From the NCBI RefSeq assembly GCF_011386835.1, contig NC_088793.1, forward strand, positions 172,732,001-172,796,000: DNA of 64,000 bases. Reading direction: 5' to 3'. This document shows positions 23,901 through 37,297 of this stretch, in pieces. The notes under the pieces are model-generated. The model had not been told where the DNA came from. It saw only the letters and a program-made list of their open reading frames with translations, and did not search any database. Position 1 is the first letter of the stretch; the number at the start of each line of letters is the position of its first letter. The stretch is from Chrysemys picta bellii. Taxonomy: Eukaryota. The position numbers were made by a program, and so were the translations under genes.

Positions 23901-24769
23901 TATAAAATATGGAGTAATTTTGCTTTTTGGCAAATCTTCAATATGTAATTAATGAGATATTTGAACTACCCGGAGAATTCTTAAGTTGCAACATGCTTTG
24001 ATCTTGATCTGTATTTTTCCCTGAACATTAATTTACATTGTTATGGCTTCTCTTTCCTCTTCAACTGGCTCACTTCTAAAGTATGGGACAATGCAGTTTC
24101 AGATTCATTGTGAGCTTTAGTTAAATTGAGCGTGTCCGACTAGAGAAGACACTATCTAAATTACTATGCAACATCTGAGCCTTGAATGTCTGTGACTAAC
24201 TGAATGCAGACACTTTGAGTACCAAGTAGAACGGGAATTCTGGACCTATGACTCAGTCTTGATGTCTCTTGAGGTGTCTTATAATTTTAATAATGCTAGA
24301 GACCATTTTTTTAAATAGAGGTGATTTGCTTTTGCATTTTACACTTGTTTTATTTTCCCCCTTTAAAAAAAGGAAGACATTTAACATGAACTGATTATGA
24401 TTTTGTTCTCCTAGAAAATAAAATAAATCTGGTGCAGTAAAAATTTAAATCAAATAGTTTCACGCCTGCCTCAAAATAAAAATATTTTGCCATATTATGC
24501 TGGTCTGTTCTCAAAAACGGCAAAAATTTATTTTCTAAATAGTTATTAGGGTGTAAAATAGGGTTATTTATTTATAGTACAGTAGTTCCTACAGGCTAAT
24601 CACTGTGCAAACACATGGTGAAAGCCTGACTAGCTTCCAGTATTCACAGACAAGACAAAGGGTGAGAGAGAGGGATGCAAAATACAAGTACAGGGATGGT
24701 TGGAAGGCAACATGTTAGTTCCATATTTTTGTATGCATGTGCATACACACACAAAACTTTGTTAAAAAC

Positions 24770-25860
24770 ATTATTAAGGCTGCAAAGTCAAGCATTCAGA
24801 AGTTAGGAAATGCCAGAATTAAGATTGCCCGTGGAACCTTAAGTTGGCCCCTCTGTGTACATGCACAATGATGCATTCTTTAATTGTATGCTCACATACT
24901 ATTTCCCCTCCCCCCCCCAAGATTCCTTGTCCTAGACCCATTCTTCTTGCCTACTCAGTCCTTGTCTCCACTCCTCAAGCATCTCATCCCAGTCCCAGTC
25001 GACTTGCCCAACCAGGCCTAGTGTCCCCTCCAGGCTCACTGGCCAAGCCCCAATTTCCCTCACAGCTCAGTACAGATCTCCTTATCAGCCCAGTTCCAAT
25101 CTCCCCTCCCCCCAACTCCTTGTACCCAAGTCTCTTTGCCCAGCCTAGTCCCTGATCTCTTCTCCTGGCTCCTCATCCAATCTCTCTCTTCCTCCCCCCC
25201 CACTGCCTCCCAGTCCCAGTCTGCCTCCCTGGGTTCCTCATCCAAGCTTGGTCTGCTCCCATGTCCTCCTTGGCTCCTTGTCCTAGTTTATTTTCTCAAC
25301 ACTCAGCACTAGAGCAGCTGAGATCAGGTTAGAAAATCATTCTGAGCCCCCATAGCTCTGGGCTGGAATATGCTCATCACTGTGTGGATGATGCATGCAT
25401 AATCTGGTCAGCACTCAGAGCTCTGAGAGGCTGCAGCAGCATGCCCAATGGGGACAGAATCTTCTGAGTTTTAAGCTGCAATCTCTAGCAATCTTCTGAG
25501 TATGTGTGAACTGCGATTTTTCAAAGGCTTATAACTTGGCCACATTTGGGGTGATTTTCACAGGGACGGCAAAAGGCACAACCCCTCCATCCTGCCAAAA
25601 AAAAAGTCCCTGCTGCAAAGCATGGGGGCATTAGAGCATTTTAAAGAAAAGGTCTCAAGAATTTTTTTTTAAACACTGGCAAAACCACATATTTTCCCCC
25701 AGCTTCATTCTTGGAAATGGGAACCATTTTGGCTGAAATTTTCAAAAACATTCAGCTTGAGGCAGACATCCAGCATGGGAAATTTCAGTCCAAATGAGTA
25801 AAGTTTGGCAAAGTGATAAGCAACTGAGAACAAGATCTTATCATGAGAAGTGTCAGTATG
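24770..25860. mobile_element. Composite turtle-type interspersed repeat (DNA-transposon-like), family unresolved
   Basis: gcaaagtcaagcattcagaagttaggaaatgccagaattaag head, (cccag)-rich middle and ttttcaaaggcttataacttggcc segment. Recalled as common turtle repeats. Confidence 0.35.
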
Positions 25861-27386
25861 GGGGCCAGTGACCTTCAGAGAATGCAGCAAACATCTATTT
25901 TCCTGGGTATTTCTGGAGTGAGTGGGCTGAGGAATTGGGGAAGGTTAGATAAGGGAGGTTATTTGTTGTAGGCTGTTTTATTTGAGCAATTTATATTTTG
26001 TGATTGAGGATTAGATTAGCAGGGAAGTTGTATTTTGGAATTTTATCCCTATTTTTGTATATTTTAATATTCGCAGAAGTGATAACCACTTCTAAGAAAC
26101 ACGAAGAAAAACAAAAAACACAATAACATAGGCTTTCTGATGAGGTTTACCAGATTGAGCTTTCTACGTTTCTCAGAGTAGCAATAAAACATGTTTAGTA
26201 AACTTACTATCAATTCAGAGGGCACTTTCTCAGAAATTTTGCAACTCCTGCATGATTTGTTGAGCTTAGGCTGTGTATGCCTTGTTTAACTACATATGTA
26301 TGCATGTATATGGCACAATTTTTAATGCCTTTTCAACAGTGTTTATACTTCTGTTTGTTATGGAAGTTTACTTACTTGTGTTAAAGAGTAAGGATAATTC
26401 TGTGATTAAGACACAGGCCTGGAAATCAGTCAGTAAGAACTGCTAGTTGCTCAACACCTGAAAGTCAGGACACTTATTGAGGTTCTTATGTTATGGATTT
26501 AAGAATCTAACTTTAAACATCTATTTTTTAAATTGCGGCATTAGAGTCTAACAAGTCTGCTTTTGGAATGAGGGAGGGGAGAAGGTTTGGATTAATTTGA
26601 TTTGTTTGGGTGTGAATTTATAACACAAAGTATAAGCCTAAAATATAATTGTGGTATTCAATGCAAAACTGAAATAGGCCTCTGTTGTGTGTCTGCGCAT
26701 GAGAGAGAATGAGAATGTAATTAACATACTAAATGAAAAAAATGAATGGGGGTTTATTGGTGCTGGTAATAAGATATTGTAAGCCTAACCTCTCCTGTGA
26801 TATAGCCAAGTGTTTAAGTTAATTTAGACCTCCACTAAAGTATTTCTGTTAACACTTTCATCTTACCATTGGGAATTATTTATAAAAAAAAAGTTTTCCA
26901 CTGCTAGCATGACAAGGTGATCATTAACATAGAACAGATCATGCCAAGAGAACAAAATTAAAAACATGCAAAGGTGCCACCGCAGTGGTAGAGTAAGCAA
27001 CTGCCATAAATAATTCTGGCCCTCAAAATAGTCTCAACATAGTCTTAGTCTTTTAAGTATGATAACAATCAAAAGCACTTTACAAAAACTCAAACAACAT
27101 CTTTAAAGTTAAGATTCTAGTCTTTTCTTGCCAAAGATTTTTTACTTGATTTCCTTATACATGAGAAATCAATTTGCTCAACAAAGTCAATTCTTGACTT
27201 TTCCTACAGCGAGAGCTCATTTGGAACTGATTACAGGAAAAAGAAGTGTAGTTTAACACATTTCAGGGTTTGAAGTAAGAACCCATTGTGTCCCATGACT
27301 GCTTTTAAAAAACTAATGAAAAATAACTAAATTTGGTGGGAAATCTATGGCACAGGAAATTAATAATCCAATAAAAAACATTTTAT

Positions 27387-27488
27387 TCTAGGTCACTGCT
27401 TTGACTCTGACCCAGGCGATATTATCTCCGTCATTACCAATTGATGGCTGTTTGGTAGTCTAGTTCTTAATGGACAAGTATCCACATC
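27387..27488 (+). mobile_element. LF-SINE-like remnant
   Basis: aggtcactgct...cccagg...gtcattacca.ttgatggctgtttggt...ggacaagtatccacatc resembles the LF-SINE core. An opposite-strand relative lies at 45527-45680. Confidence 0.5.
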
Positions 27489-28640
27489 TGTCCCTTTCAC
27501 ACATACAATCCTAGGTCTCTCTAGTGAGACTGCTAGAGAGACCTAGGATTGAATGGACCTGCAGACTTTACTACCATATCATTGCTGGTGAAAGGATCTT
27601 AAGGAATCACCTCAAGAAGGATGAAATTCACCTCTGTGCAGAGAGAGGACTATCACCACTTAGGCCTATGCATCACTTAAGTTGTGCATAGATTTTTTGC
27701 TGGCCCTCTGCACAGGGATGAATTTCACTCTTCTTGAGATGGTTCCTTAAGGTTGAAGTGAACATGGAGAGAAAAGACTGAGGAAGCTGAACACTATATC
27801 TGCAGCACGTGTGTTGCAGAAAAACAGAACGTCAGGCTCCACAAGTGTCAATTATGCACTTTTCATGAGTATTAAATTCAATGGAAAAAGTTATTTAACC
27901 CACTCCCTGTTTCCTACAACATTAAAAAAAAATCCATCTCTCAAGAGAAGTTATTACATTTGTTTTCTTCAAGTGTGTAGTAGGACATGAGTTTTTTAAA
28001 TCAAATGTTTATTTAACCTAAGCATGAACAATTTACAAATTAGAAACGATCACAGTACAAAGATATATTAAAAGGTATATCTCTTCTATGGCTGTGAGAT
28101 AGCAAAGGTGCAGAAATAATTAACAAGAAACTTGTAAAGTTTTGGGGGTTTCCCAGCGTGTCATTTGTTCTCACTTAGTATTCTAGCTAACTGTTTATAG
28201 AACATTTAGAGAGACACACGCAGAGCGTGTGTACTACTCTTACAATCTTACATTATTTAGTGCAAAACTGGCAAATAAAGGCTTATTATACATCAAAGTG
28301 CATAACATTTTAGGATAACTTGACTATGAAAGACAACTGGGCCAGATTCTCCAGTCTGCTTCATCCACTTTGCAACGTTTAGGCAGTGCAATGTGGGCAG
28401 GTTCTGACCCCTTAGAAATCTTATGGTAGGGGTATAAATTAGAGTAGATAGAGCTCTGCTGTAATTTCTGTCAGGGCTGGGTGGCACAGGATTAGGGCTT
28501 TGTAACCAGCTATGTCCAAGCTCTGCTCTGACACTATGGAGAGTTGATCCCACCATAAACTAAGTCAAATGTAATGTTTTTACATTATGTAAACTGCCTT
28601 ATATGCCCTACAATATCCATATTTGCAATTTTCCTCTCTT

Positions 28641-28930
28641 CTGGAAAAAGGGGTAAACAGTGAGGTTGAAAAGTTTGCAGATGATACAAAATGACTCAAT
28701 ATAGTTAAATCCAAAGCTGACAGCAAGGTGTTACAAAGGGATCTCACAAAACTGGGTGACTGGGCAACAAAGTGGCAGATTAAATTCAAATGTTGATAGA
28801 TGCAAAATAATCCATATTGGAAAACATAATCTCAACTGTACATTCAAAATGATGGGGTCTAAATTAGCTTTTACAACTCAAGAAAGATCTTGGAGTCATT
28901 GTGGATAGTTCTCTGAAAACATCCGCTCAG
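28641..28930 (+). mobile_element. CR1 ORF2 RT fragment
   Basis: Encodes KFADDTK (RT catalytic motif) and DLTKLGDWATKWQIKF. Confidence 0.8.
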
Positions 28931-29003
28931 GCGGACTGGGGCAAGGATTACATACTTCTGAACAGGAGGAAAAAAGAACTGGATTCTTTTGCTTCCTGGC
29001 TTC

Positions 29004-29019
29004 CCAGTAGATGGCACCA
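29004..29019 (+). promoter_or_regulatory. CTCF motif, full consensus match
   Basis: CCAGTAGATGGCACCA matches CCASYAGRKGGCRSYA at 16/16. Confidence 0.55.
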
Positions 29020-29958
29020 CAATGCTAACGGTCCAGAATGCTTCTTACAGGAAAGGATAAACCAGATGTACATACATTTCCCCTCAATTTTCATTAACAT
29101 ACACTATTCTTCACTGCCTGTTCTAAACCGCTCTGTAATGTTCCAACACACTGCTAAACAGCTGCTACATTTCAGGAGGGAAATGTAGCAACTGTACTGA
29201 GGAAGGAGTGGGCTGAAGTGGCTGTATTTATGGACAGTCCTTTATTTTGTAATTTTTCATTTATGCACATTGCACATGTACTGGAGAAGCTGAATTTATA
29301 TAGTAACCTGTTATGGTTTGCAAAGAGTTCTTTGATCAATGTGGATGATAAGATCTATATAAAAGTAAGACAATTACCACTGGCATTTGCTGTTCCTGTA
29401 AGCAGTCAGGGTGGTGGAAATTAACATGAAAGAGTAACAAACTAAGATACAATTTCAATCCTTTATCAAAAGCAAAGGGCAACTGAGTAATAAGCCAGAA
29501 AGGTACATCATGAGGACAAAGATTTTTTTTACACTCTACTTCCAAAATGACAAGACATTTACTCTACATGCGGTCAGAAATCCCTCATTCACAAATTGAA
29601 CAAGAATGTTCATCTTGACCTCCATGAAGTGGTCATTCATTAACATTTTACCCAGGCACAGCGAATCTGAACTTCCTGGGCAACTTCCTGTGGATATAGT
29701 AGCCTTGCTTTAATCTGGCTTTGTAAATAAAGGTGAGGTACTAGCAACAACTGAAAATAAAAACAAAGGTGTGAGCCACAAACTGCCTATCGAATTATAA
29801 AAGAGGTTTTCTGAGCTAAAATGTTTTAAAGATGCACAAATATATTTATTAAATATTAATCTGGTTCTGTCCTCTCCTAATTTATTGAAAACATTTGACC
29901 ATTGCTCCGCAATGTGTTTTAGTCACTGTTTGACTATGGAAAGAATCATATTACCACA

Positions 29959-29999
29959 AAAACAACGAGAAGTCCTTGTGGCACTTTAGAGACTAACAA
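29959..29999 (-). mobile_element. 41-bp PLE micro-insertion with target-site duplication
   Basis: Minus strand tttgttagtctctaaagtgccacaaggacttctcgttgtttt (family A tail), flanked by the direct repeat attaccaca (29950-29958 / 30000-30008). Confidence 0.65.
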
Positions 30000-30543
30000 A
30001 TTACCACAGAAACCATAATTGGTAAAAGACTGCCAACTATTTACAAGTAATCCTGGATACTCTGAGGAATGGTTTTGATAAAAACAATACAAAATATTTT
30101 CTACAGCACATTAACAGCTACAAACAGCATAGCACATCACCAAAAATATTACTATAAAGACACAAAATATATTTATTAAGGCTAACTATGAAACAAATGA
30201 AAGAAATGGGCCAAATGCCACCACTGAATTTCCCCAGTATATTTACATATTTAACACTTAAGCAGTAGTACCCACTGCTTTCACCTCACAATGTTTCGAC
30301 ACTAGTACACTGGACCAAAAGCCACCTAATGATGCCTTCCAGCCATGTTCAATCTTTCATAATTGCTACCACATGTCACTTTGCTGTCTGGAACAAACTT
30401 CTTAAGTGTAGGACCAACATCATCATCAGGTAAGCAAAATCTATTACAAATGTATTCCTTTGAATCCATGATGGGTTAAATCTGTCATTTGTGCTGCAAT
30501 TTCTCCTTAAATTCCTAATCTGCTCAAATATGTAAATAAAAGC

Positions 30544-31630
30544 ATTGACATGAACTGGGACCGTATAGATCATTGTTGCAACCAAGGTCCTGTAGTGGCA
30601 CCAAATCTTTTATAAAGGAGGCAAAATAAGGTGTTTAAAACAAGGTTATGGTTTGCTGGTTATAATTATGCTGTCTATATGTGTGTATCATTTTGTAGTT
30701 GAAGTTATGAATATTGGCTCTATACTGTCTGTATTTCAAACTTATGCTATGCTTCTGGGTGTTGGTGTCAGACAAGTTGGTGTCAGCTCTGCCTAGCCTG
30801 CTTGATGGCCCATTAAGGACCATTAGCTATACAACTGACCCACTGAGAGAAGGCAGACACACCTTGTGACTCAACAAAGTATGCAGGGACATGCCTATGG
30901 ACAGAACTATGAAGTTTTTCCATGCCACGTGATGGACAGCTTGTCTTGGGGACAAAGAAAGCAGAGACCACATGGCAAGAGACTATACAAAGCTGCTGCA
31001 GCTCCTCCATCTTGTCTTCAATACTGCTTCATACCTCTGGAGGGACTTTGCTACAAACGAAAGCTCTACACAAAGGACTGATGACCCATCCCAGCTGTGG
31101 ATGTACTCCAGAGACTTGATTTGAACCTGCTGTTTATTCTATCATTGCTACAAGCCTGAACCAAGAACCTTGCCATTACTGTATGTCATTGATTCTATTT
31201 AACCAATTCTAGCTCTCACCTGTATCCTTTCCCTTTTATGAATAAACCTTTAGATTTTAGATTCTAAAGGATTGGCAACAGCATAATTTGTGGATAAGAT
31301 CTGATTTGTATATTGACCTGGGTCTGGGGCTTGGTCCTTTGGGATTGGGAGAACCTTTTTTCTTTTACTGGGGCATTGGTTTTCATAACCATTCGTCCCC
31401 ATAACGAGTGGCACTGGTGGTGATACTGGGAAACTGGAGTATCTAAGGGAATTGCTTGTGTGACTTATGGTTAGCCAGTGGGGTAAAACCAAAGTTTTCT
31501 CTGTTTGGCTGGTTTGGTTTGCCTTGGTGTGCACAGAAACCCCAGCCTTGGGCTGTAACTGCCCTGCTTTAAGCAATTTGTCCTGAATTGGCACTCTCAG
31601 TTGGGTCCCACCAGAACCAGCATCGTTACA
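30544..31630 (+). mobile_element. Solo LTR (Gypsy/ERV type)
   Basis: Ends ...cgttaCA, AATAAA at 31241-31246, non-coding, LTR-like composition. Left boundary and TSD not resolved. Confidence 0.6.
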
Positions 31631-33709
31631 GCTCACTATAGTGACAGGAGGATTCTCCCACCGCTGTAGGTAATCCACCTCCCTGAAAGGGAGTAGCTAG
31701 GTCAGCAGGAGAATTCTTCTGTCAATCTAACCTGACTACACCTGGGGTTAGGGCGTCATAGCTACAATGTAAATTTTTAGTGTAGACCAGTCCTCAACGT
31801 GCTGTTGTTTCTCTGCAGGGAATCTCTTTTTTACTACACTCTCAAGCATCACTAAAAATACCCATGCAGGTCTTTGACCCTTATTTTCCCTTATCCTCAA
31901 CCTATATTATCTGAAGTACCCAAGAGAGATTTTAACACCTCAGTGTGTCTCTAATATGAAAGTCCTGCAACAACATTAAAGAATTGCCTAACAAATTCTG
32001 CTGTTGAGTAACTCACTCCTACTTGGCCAGCATTTCCCATCAAGGTTATTCACATCACTGGGGGAGTTGCAAGAGACCATGTTTTACTTAGTCACTACAG
32101 CATCCATAGGGATCGGTGAAGATGAGTTATCTTTGGATGTATGCTTTATTTAATTTGCAACTGTGGTAATGAAAATATTGGGAAGTACTTTGAAATATCT
32201 AGCTCTGTATGCAGATGTATGGTAAAGTATTGATATTTTATTCATAGAGCTACAGCATCTAGATATTGTTTTTTATTTCCTCATTTAGGCTGGGGTTTTT
32301 TGTCCAGTTTATCTTAAAACAAATTACATGAAGTGATGGTGCTCCCATAACTTCCCTTAGGAGGTAATTGATCTCTGTCTTTGGTATCTTCTGGTATTTA
32401 TAGAGTCAGACTATTATGTCCCTTATTCCTGCCTCTCTTCTAAGATAATCTCTGGCTCCCTCTATGTCCTCATATAAGGCATGGAGGCAGGGACATGTTA
32501 TGTTAGAACAATGGGTCCTCAATTTTGATTGCAGTCTTTAGGTGCTACTGTAATGGTGGGAAACTACAAATAATGCATACTGGCATGTGAGCAATGGTAT
32601 TTTAAAAGGCATAGACAGAACCACTGGAAACATGGTATTTGAAACAGTGGAGGACCAAAAGGTAGTGGTGTTGCAGGGTCAGCTGGAATAACTCTTATCT
32701 ACTTCACTAACAACTAGAGCTGATTAGATTTCAGGCACTTGTCTTGAAATTCTTCATGGATCAGCAGTAGAGGACAGCTGGGTTGGAAGTTTTGCAATCA
32801 CACCAGCCACTATTGATTTGCTGACATCACCTGTGGTGGTGGTGATGAATGCCAGGTCCATGGTGTAACATCAACATCACACAGACTCCATTATCTATTA
32901 TCTCTCTTTGAAGTGATTTACTAGGTCCCTCCAAGGGTGTGTGAGTGTGAAAAACTTCGCCACATATTTATATTAGTTAAGGGAAAGTTTTCACAGGAAG
33001 GTGAGCGGACATGCACATTTCAGCAGGGTTTTTTCTTTCCTCTTCTCTTTCTATGTTAGTATACTTTCATCCCAATTCTCTCTCCACTTTCTCCCATTTC
33101 TTACCTTGACTACAAGTTCTAGCACGAACACATGCAGCTACACCTCTCTGACTCCAATCTCTTCTACCATCTCTTTAGCAGGGTGTACTGATAATACCAA
33201 TAAAAGTTACTTCCCCTCTTCCATGTTAAACAGCACTTTGGCAATCCTTATGTCTTGAAGTCACCAGGGCCTGATGAAATACATCCTAGAATTCTTAAGG
33301 AGCTGACTGAGGAGATATCTGAGCCGTCAGCGATTATCTTCAAAAGTCATGGAAGATGGGAGAGATTCCAGAGGACTGAAAAAGGGAAAATATAGTAGTG
33401 CAAATCTATCAAAAGGGAAATAAGGACAACCCAGAGAATTACAGACCAGTCAGCTTAACTTCTGTACTCAGAAAAATAATGGAGCAAATAATTAAGCAAT
33501 CAATTTGCAAACACCTAGAAGATAATAAGGTGATAAGTAACAGTCAGCATGGATTGGTCAAGAACAAATTGTGTCAAAACAACCTAGTAGCTTTCTTTGA
33601 CAAGGTAACAAGCCTAGTGGATAGGGGGAAGTAGTAGATGTCATTTAGTAAGGTTTTTGATACTATCTTGCATGACCTTCTCATAAACAAACTAGGGAAA
33701 TACAACTTA

Positions 33710-33902
33710 GGGTATGTCTTCATTACCAACGTTAAAGCACTGCTGTGGCACAAGCACCCCCGCGAGGGGAGTAGGTACCAGCACTCGGAGCTGCTCCCAG
33801 TGCTGGTATACTGTCTACACTTGCATCAATCAGGGGTGTGTTTTTTCACACCCCTGAACGAGAAAGTTTCAGCGCTGTAAAGTGACAGTGTAGACAACGC
33901 CC
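33710..33902. mobile_element. PIF/Harbinger-type MITE inside CR1
   Basis: Imperfect TIRs GGGTATGTCT / AGACAACGCCC with ta flanks. Interrupts CR1 sequence aaatacaac...tagatgg. Confidence 0.65.
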
Positions 33903-34884
33903 TAGATGGAGCTACTAAAAGGTTGGTGCATGACTGGTTGGAAAACCGCTCCCAGAGAGTAGTTATCAATGGTGCACAGTCAAGCTGGAAGGGCATATTG
34001 AGTGGTGTCCTGCAGGATCAGTTCTGGGTCCAGTTCTCTTTAATATCTTCATCAATGAATTGGATAATGACAGAGAGAGTACACGTACAAAGTTTGCAGA
34101 CAATACCAAGCTGGGAGGGGATGCAAGTGCTTTGGAGGACAGAATTAAAATTCAAAATAATCTGGACAAACTGGAGTAATGGTCTGAAGAAAATAAGATG
34201 AAATTCAACAAGGACAAATTCAAAGTACTCCACTTAGGAAGGAATAATCAGTTGCACATGTACAAAATGGGAAATGACTGCCTAGGAAGGAGTACTGCAG
34301 AAAGGGATATGGGGTCATAGTGAATCACAAGCAGAGTCAACAGTGTAACACTGTTGCAAAAAAAGCATCATTCTGGGATGTATTAGCAGGAGTGTTGTAA
34401 GCAAGAAACAAGAAGTAATTCTTCTGCTCTACTCTGTGCTGATAAACCCTCAACTAGATTATTATGTCCAGTTCTGGGCGCCACATTTCAGGAAAGATGT
34501 GAACAAGCTGGAGAGAGTCCAGAAAAGAGCAACAAAAATTATTAAAGGTCTAGAAAACATGACCTATGAGGGAAGATTGAAAAAATTGGGTTTGTTTAGT
34601 CTGGAGGAGAGAAGATGGAGAGGGAACATTATAACAGTCTTCAAGTACATAAAAAGTTGTTACAAGGAGGAGGGAGAAAAATGATTCTCCTGAACCTTTG
34701 AGGACAGGAGAAGAAGCAATCGGCTTAAATTGCCACAAGGGCAGTTTACGTTGGACATTAGGAAAAACTTCCTGTCAGGCTGGTTAACCAATGGAATAAA
34801 TTGCCCCGGGGAGGTTGTGGAATCTCCATCACTGGAGCTTTTTAAGAGCAGGTTAGACAAACACCTGTCAGGGATGGTCTAGAT

Positions 34885-35653
34885 CAGACGTGGGCAAACT
34901 ATGGCCCGCGGGCCACATCCGGCCCGCAGGACCGTCCTACCCGGCCCCTGAGCTCCCAGCCGGGGAGCCTAGTCCCCACTGTTCCCCTGCCGCCACGCCG
35001 CCGCCCAGGCCGCACTCTGGCCCGCCGCTCCCACTGGGCAGCGTGCGGACCACAGCTGGCTGTGGCCGGGTGTCGCCGCTGCGAGCTCCTGCTGCTGGTA
35101 AGGGGGGCAGGGAGCGGGGGTGTTAGGTAAGGGAGCAGGGAATCCTGGGGGACAGTCAGGGAGTAGGGGGCAGTTGAATGCGGCGGAGGTTCTGGGGGGG
35201 CAGTGAGGGGATGGGGAACAGGGAGGGTTGGGAGTGGGAGTCCCGGGGGGCCTGTCAGGGGGCGGGGATGTGGACAGGGATCAGGAGGGCAGTCAGGGGA
35301 CAGGGAGCAGGGGGGGTTGGATAAGGGTGTGGTATCCCGGGGGGAAGTTAGTGGCGGGGGTTCCCGGGAGTGGGTGGGCAGGGGACGAGGAGCAGAGGAC
35401 GGTTGGATAGGGGGGTGAGAGTCCCAGGGGGGCTGTCAGGGAACGTCAGTGTGGATAGGGGTCGGAGTAGTCAGGCGACAGGGAGCAGGGGGGATGGACG
35501 GGTTGGTGGTTCTGAGGGGGGAAGTCAGGGGGTAGGAAGTGGGAGGGGGTGGGGGCCAGGCTGTTTCGGGAGGCCCAGCCTTCCCTACCCGTCCCTCCAT
35601 ACAGTTGTGCAACCCTGATGTGGCCCTCGGGCTAAAAAGTTTGCCCACCCCTC
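34885..35653. mobile_element. Non-autonomous hAT element inside CR1 tail
   Basis: TIRs CAGACGTGGGCAAAC / GTTTGCCCACCCCTC and perfect 8-bp TSD gtctagat. Confidence 0.88.
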
Positions 35654-36262
35654 GTCTAGATAACACTTAGTCCTGCCATGAGTGCACAGCATGTGAAGGA
35701 TGACCTCTTGAGGTCCCTTCTAGTCCTACGATTCTATGATCCAAACAATGAAATCAGCAATACTGCAGCGGCCCTAAAAAAAATCTCGTTTTCTTCATGC
35801 TTGCTTTTAGATCAAGCTGTAGTTTTAGTTTTTAATTTCCATTCCAGCTTCGTCACCTATGAAAAACTAAATTGTTGTATTTTTTAGAGAACAGCGCATT
35901 GTGCAACTTTTTGTGGGTACGGGGGAGAGTGCGGGCAGACTAGGAAGGTGATTCACAGGTAGAAAAGTTTTATAAAAACAGTTTGATTCTGTCAAGGAAT
36001 TGAGATTTCCCACACATACATTTTCTGTGAATCTGCTGAAAATGATTTTCACTCATTTTTTTTTCAGTACCACACTTTTTTTATTATATCCCGGACCCTG
36101 TTTACATTTTCTAATCACTATATACAAAGTAAGGGTTACTCAAAGGCTGCTAACCTGTAGGCAAACTTTTAGTTTGATGCAATAAAATAGAACTGAGATA
36201 ATGTTTTCAAGCCAGAACCCCTAATCACATTACTAAACCAGGCTGATATTGTTACTGATATT

Positions 36263-36704
36263 TAGGGTGACCATATATCCTGTTTTGGCTGGGACAGTCT
36301 CTTTTTTAAGCCCCATCCCGGCCGTCCCAACTTCTATGACAAAACTGGACATTGTCCCATTTGCTCTTGCCAACTGATCATGAAACTAAAGTGGGGTGTG
36401 GATGAATGTGCAGGGGGGGGAGCAGCAACGCCAGCCCTGTGTGGGAGTGAGGGCTCAGGAGAGCGGCGTGGGCCAGGCTAGCCCCATGTGGACAGGTGGC
36501 AGGGGGCCTCGGGCTGTCCTCTTGTGGGTGGGCGGCAGGGGGTGGCTTGGGCTACCCGGCCTGCAGGAGTATATGGGGGCCTCAGGCTGTCCCTGTGTGG
36601 ATGGGCAGCAGGGGGGCTCAGGCCGGTCCCACACGGGGGGGACGGGGCTTTGGGCCGGCCACTGCGGTGTCCTGTTTTTCCTTTGGGAAATTATGGTCAC
36701 CCTA
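36263..36704. mobile_element. hAT MITE (TAGGGTGACCATA TIR)
   Basis: TIRs TAGGGTGACCATA / TATGGTCACCCTA and TSD ctgatatt / ctgatatg. Confidence 0.85.
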
Positions 36705-37173
36705 CTGATATGGTATTGAGCACCCTAATGATCTTCAGTGATACATCCTGGGATAACAGCATCCAAATCTTCTCTCTAGTATGGTGATTTCTATTCCTCA
36801 GTGGGCACTGCCAAGGAAGTGAGTAAGCCTTCAGTGGAACTCAATCAGCATGGCTGGGGGTGCTTTGTTCCTCCAGGCCCGCTCCACAGTGAAGCAACCA
36901 GTCTCATTTCCCTCTTATCCTCTCTGAATGTGAGTTTTCTGATGAGGGCATGAGAGGGGGAAAATTGAGATGGACTGACGGCTTCAGAATAGCCTGATAA
37001 AATGTGAATTCAATGGAAAAACAACAAAAAGTCTAACACTGACTCCCATAGTCTGCATTTTATGAGTGACAGTGAAACTAACATCCCAATAGCTGAAGAA
37101 TCTGTGTTGGTGATTCAAAGGTTGGGATATTAGTCATTTGCACTGGGTGACCACTTTTCCTAGATGACAGAGA

Positions 37174-37297
37174 TAGGGTGACCAGATGTCCCGATTTTAT
37201 AGGGACAGTCCCGACTTTTGGGTCTTTTTCTTATATAGGCTCCTATTACCCCCCACCCCCTGTCCCGATTTTTCACATTTGCTGTCTGGTCACCCTA
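37174..37297. mobile_element. hAT MITE, sister of 10963-11085
   Basis: TIRs TAGGGTGACCAGA / TCTGGTCACCCTA, degenerate TSD gacagaga / catagaga. Confidence 0.82.

Larger units (their letters stand above)
33259..35740 (+). mobile_element. 5'-truncated CR1 LINE with two nested MITEs
   Basis: NPENYRPVSLTS...FSKVFDT...PQLDYYVQFWAPHFRKDVNKLERVQKRATK; 3' tail attctatga near 35731-35739. Confidence 0.88.
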
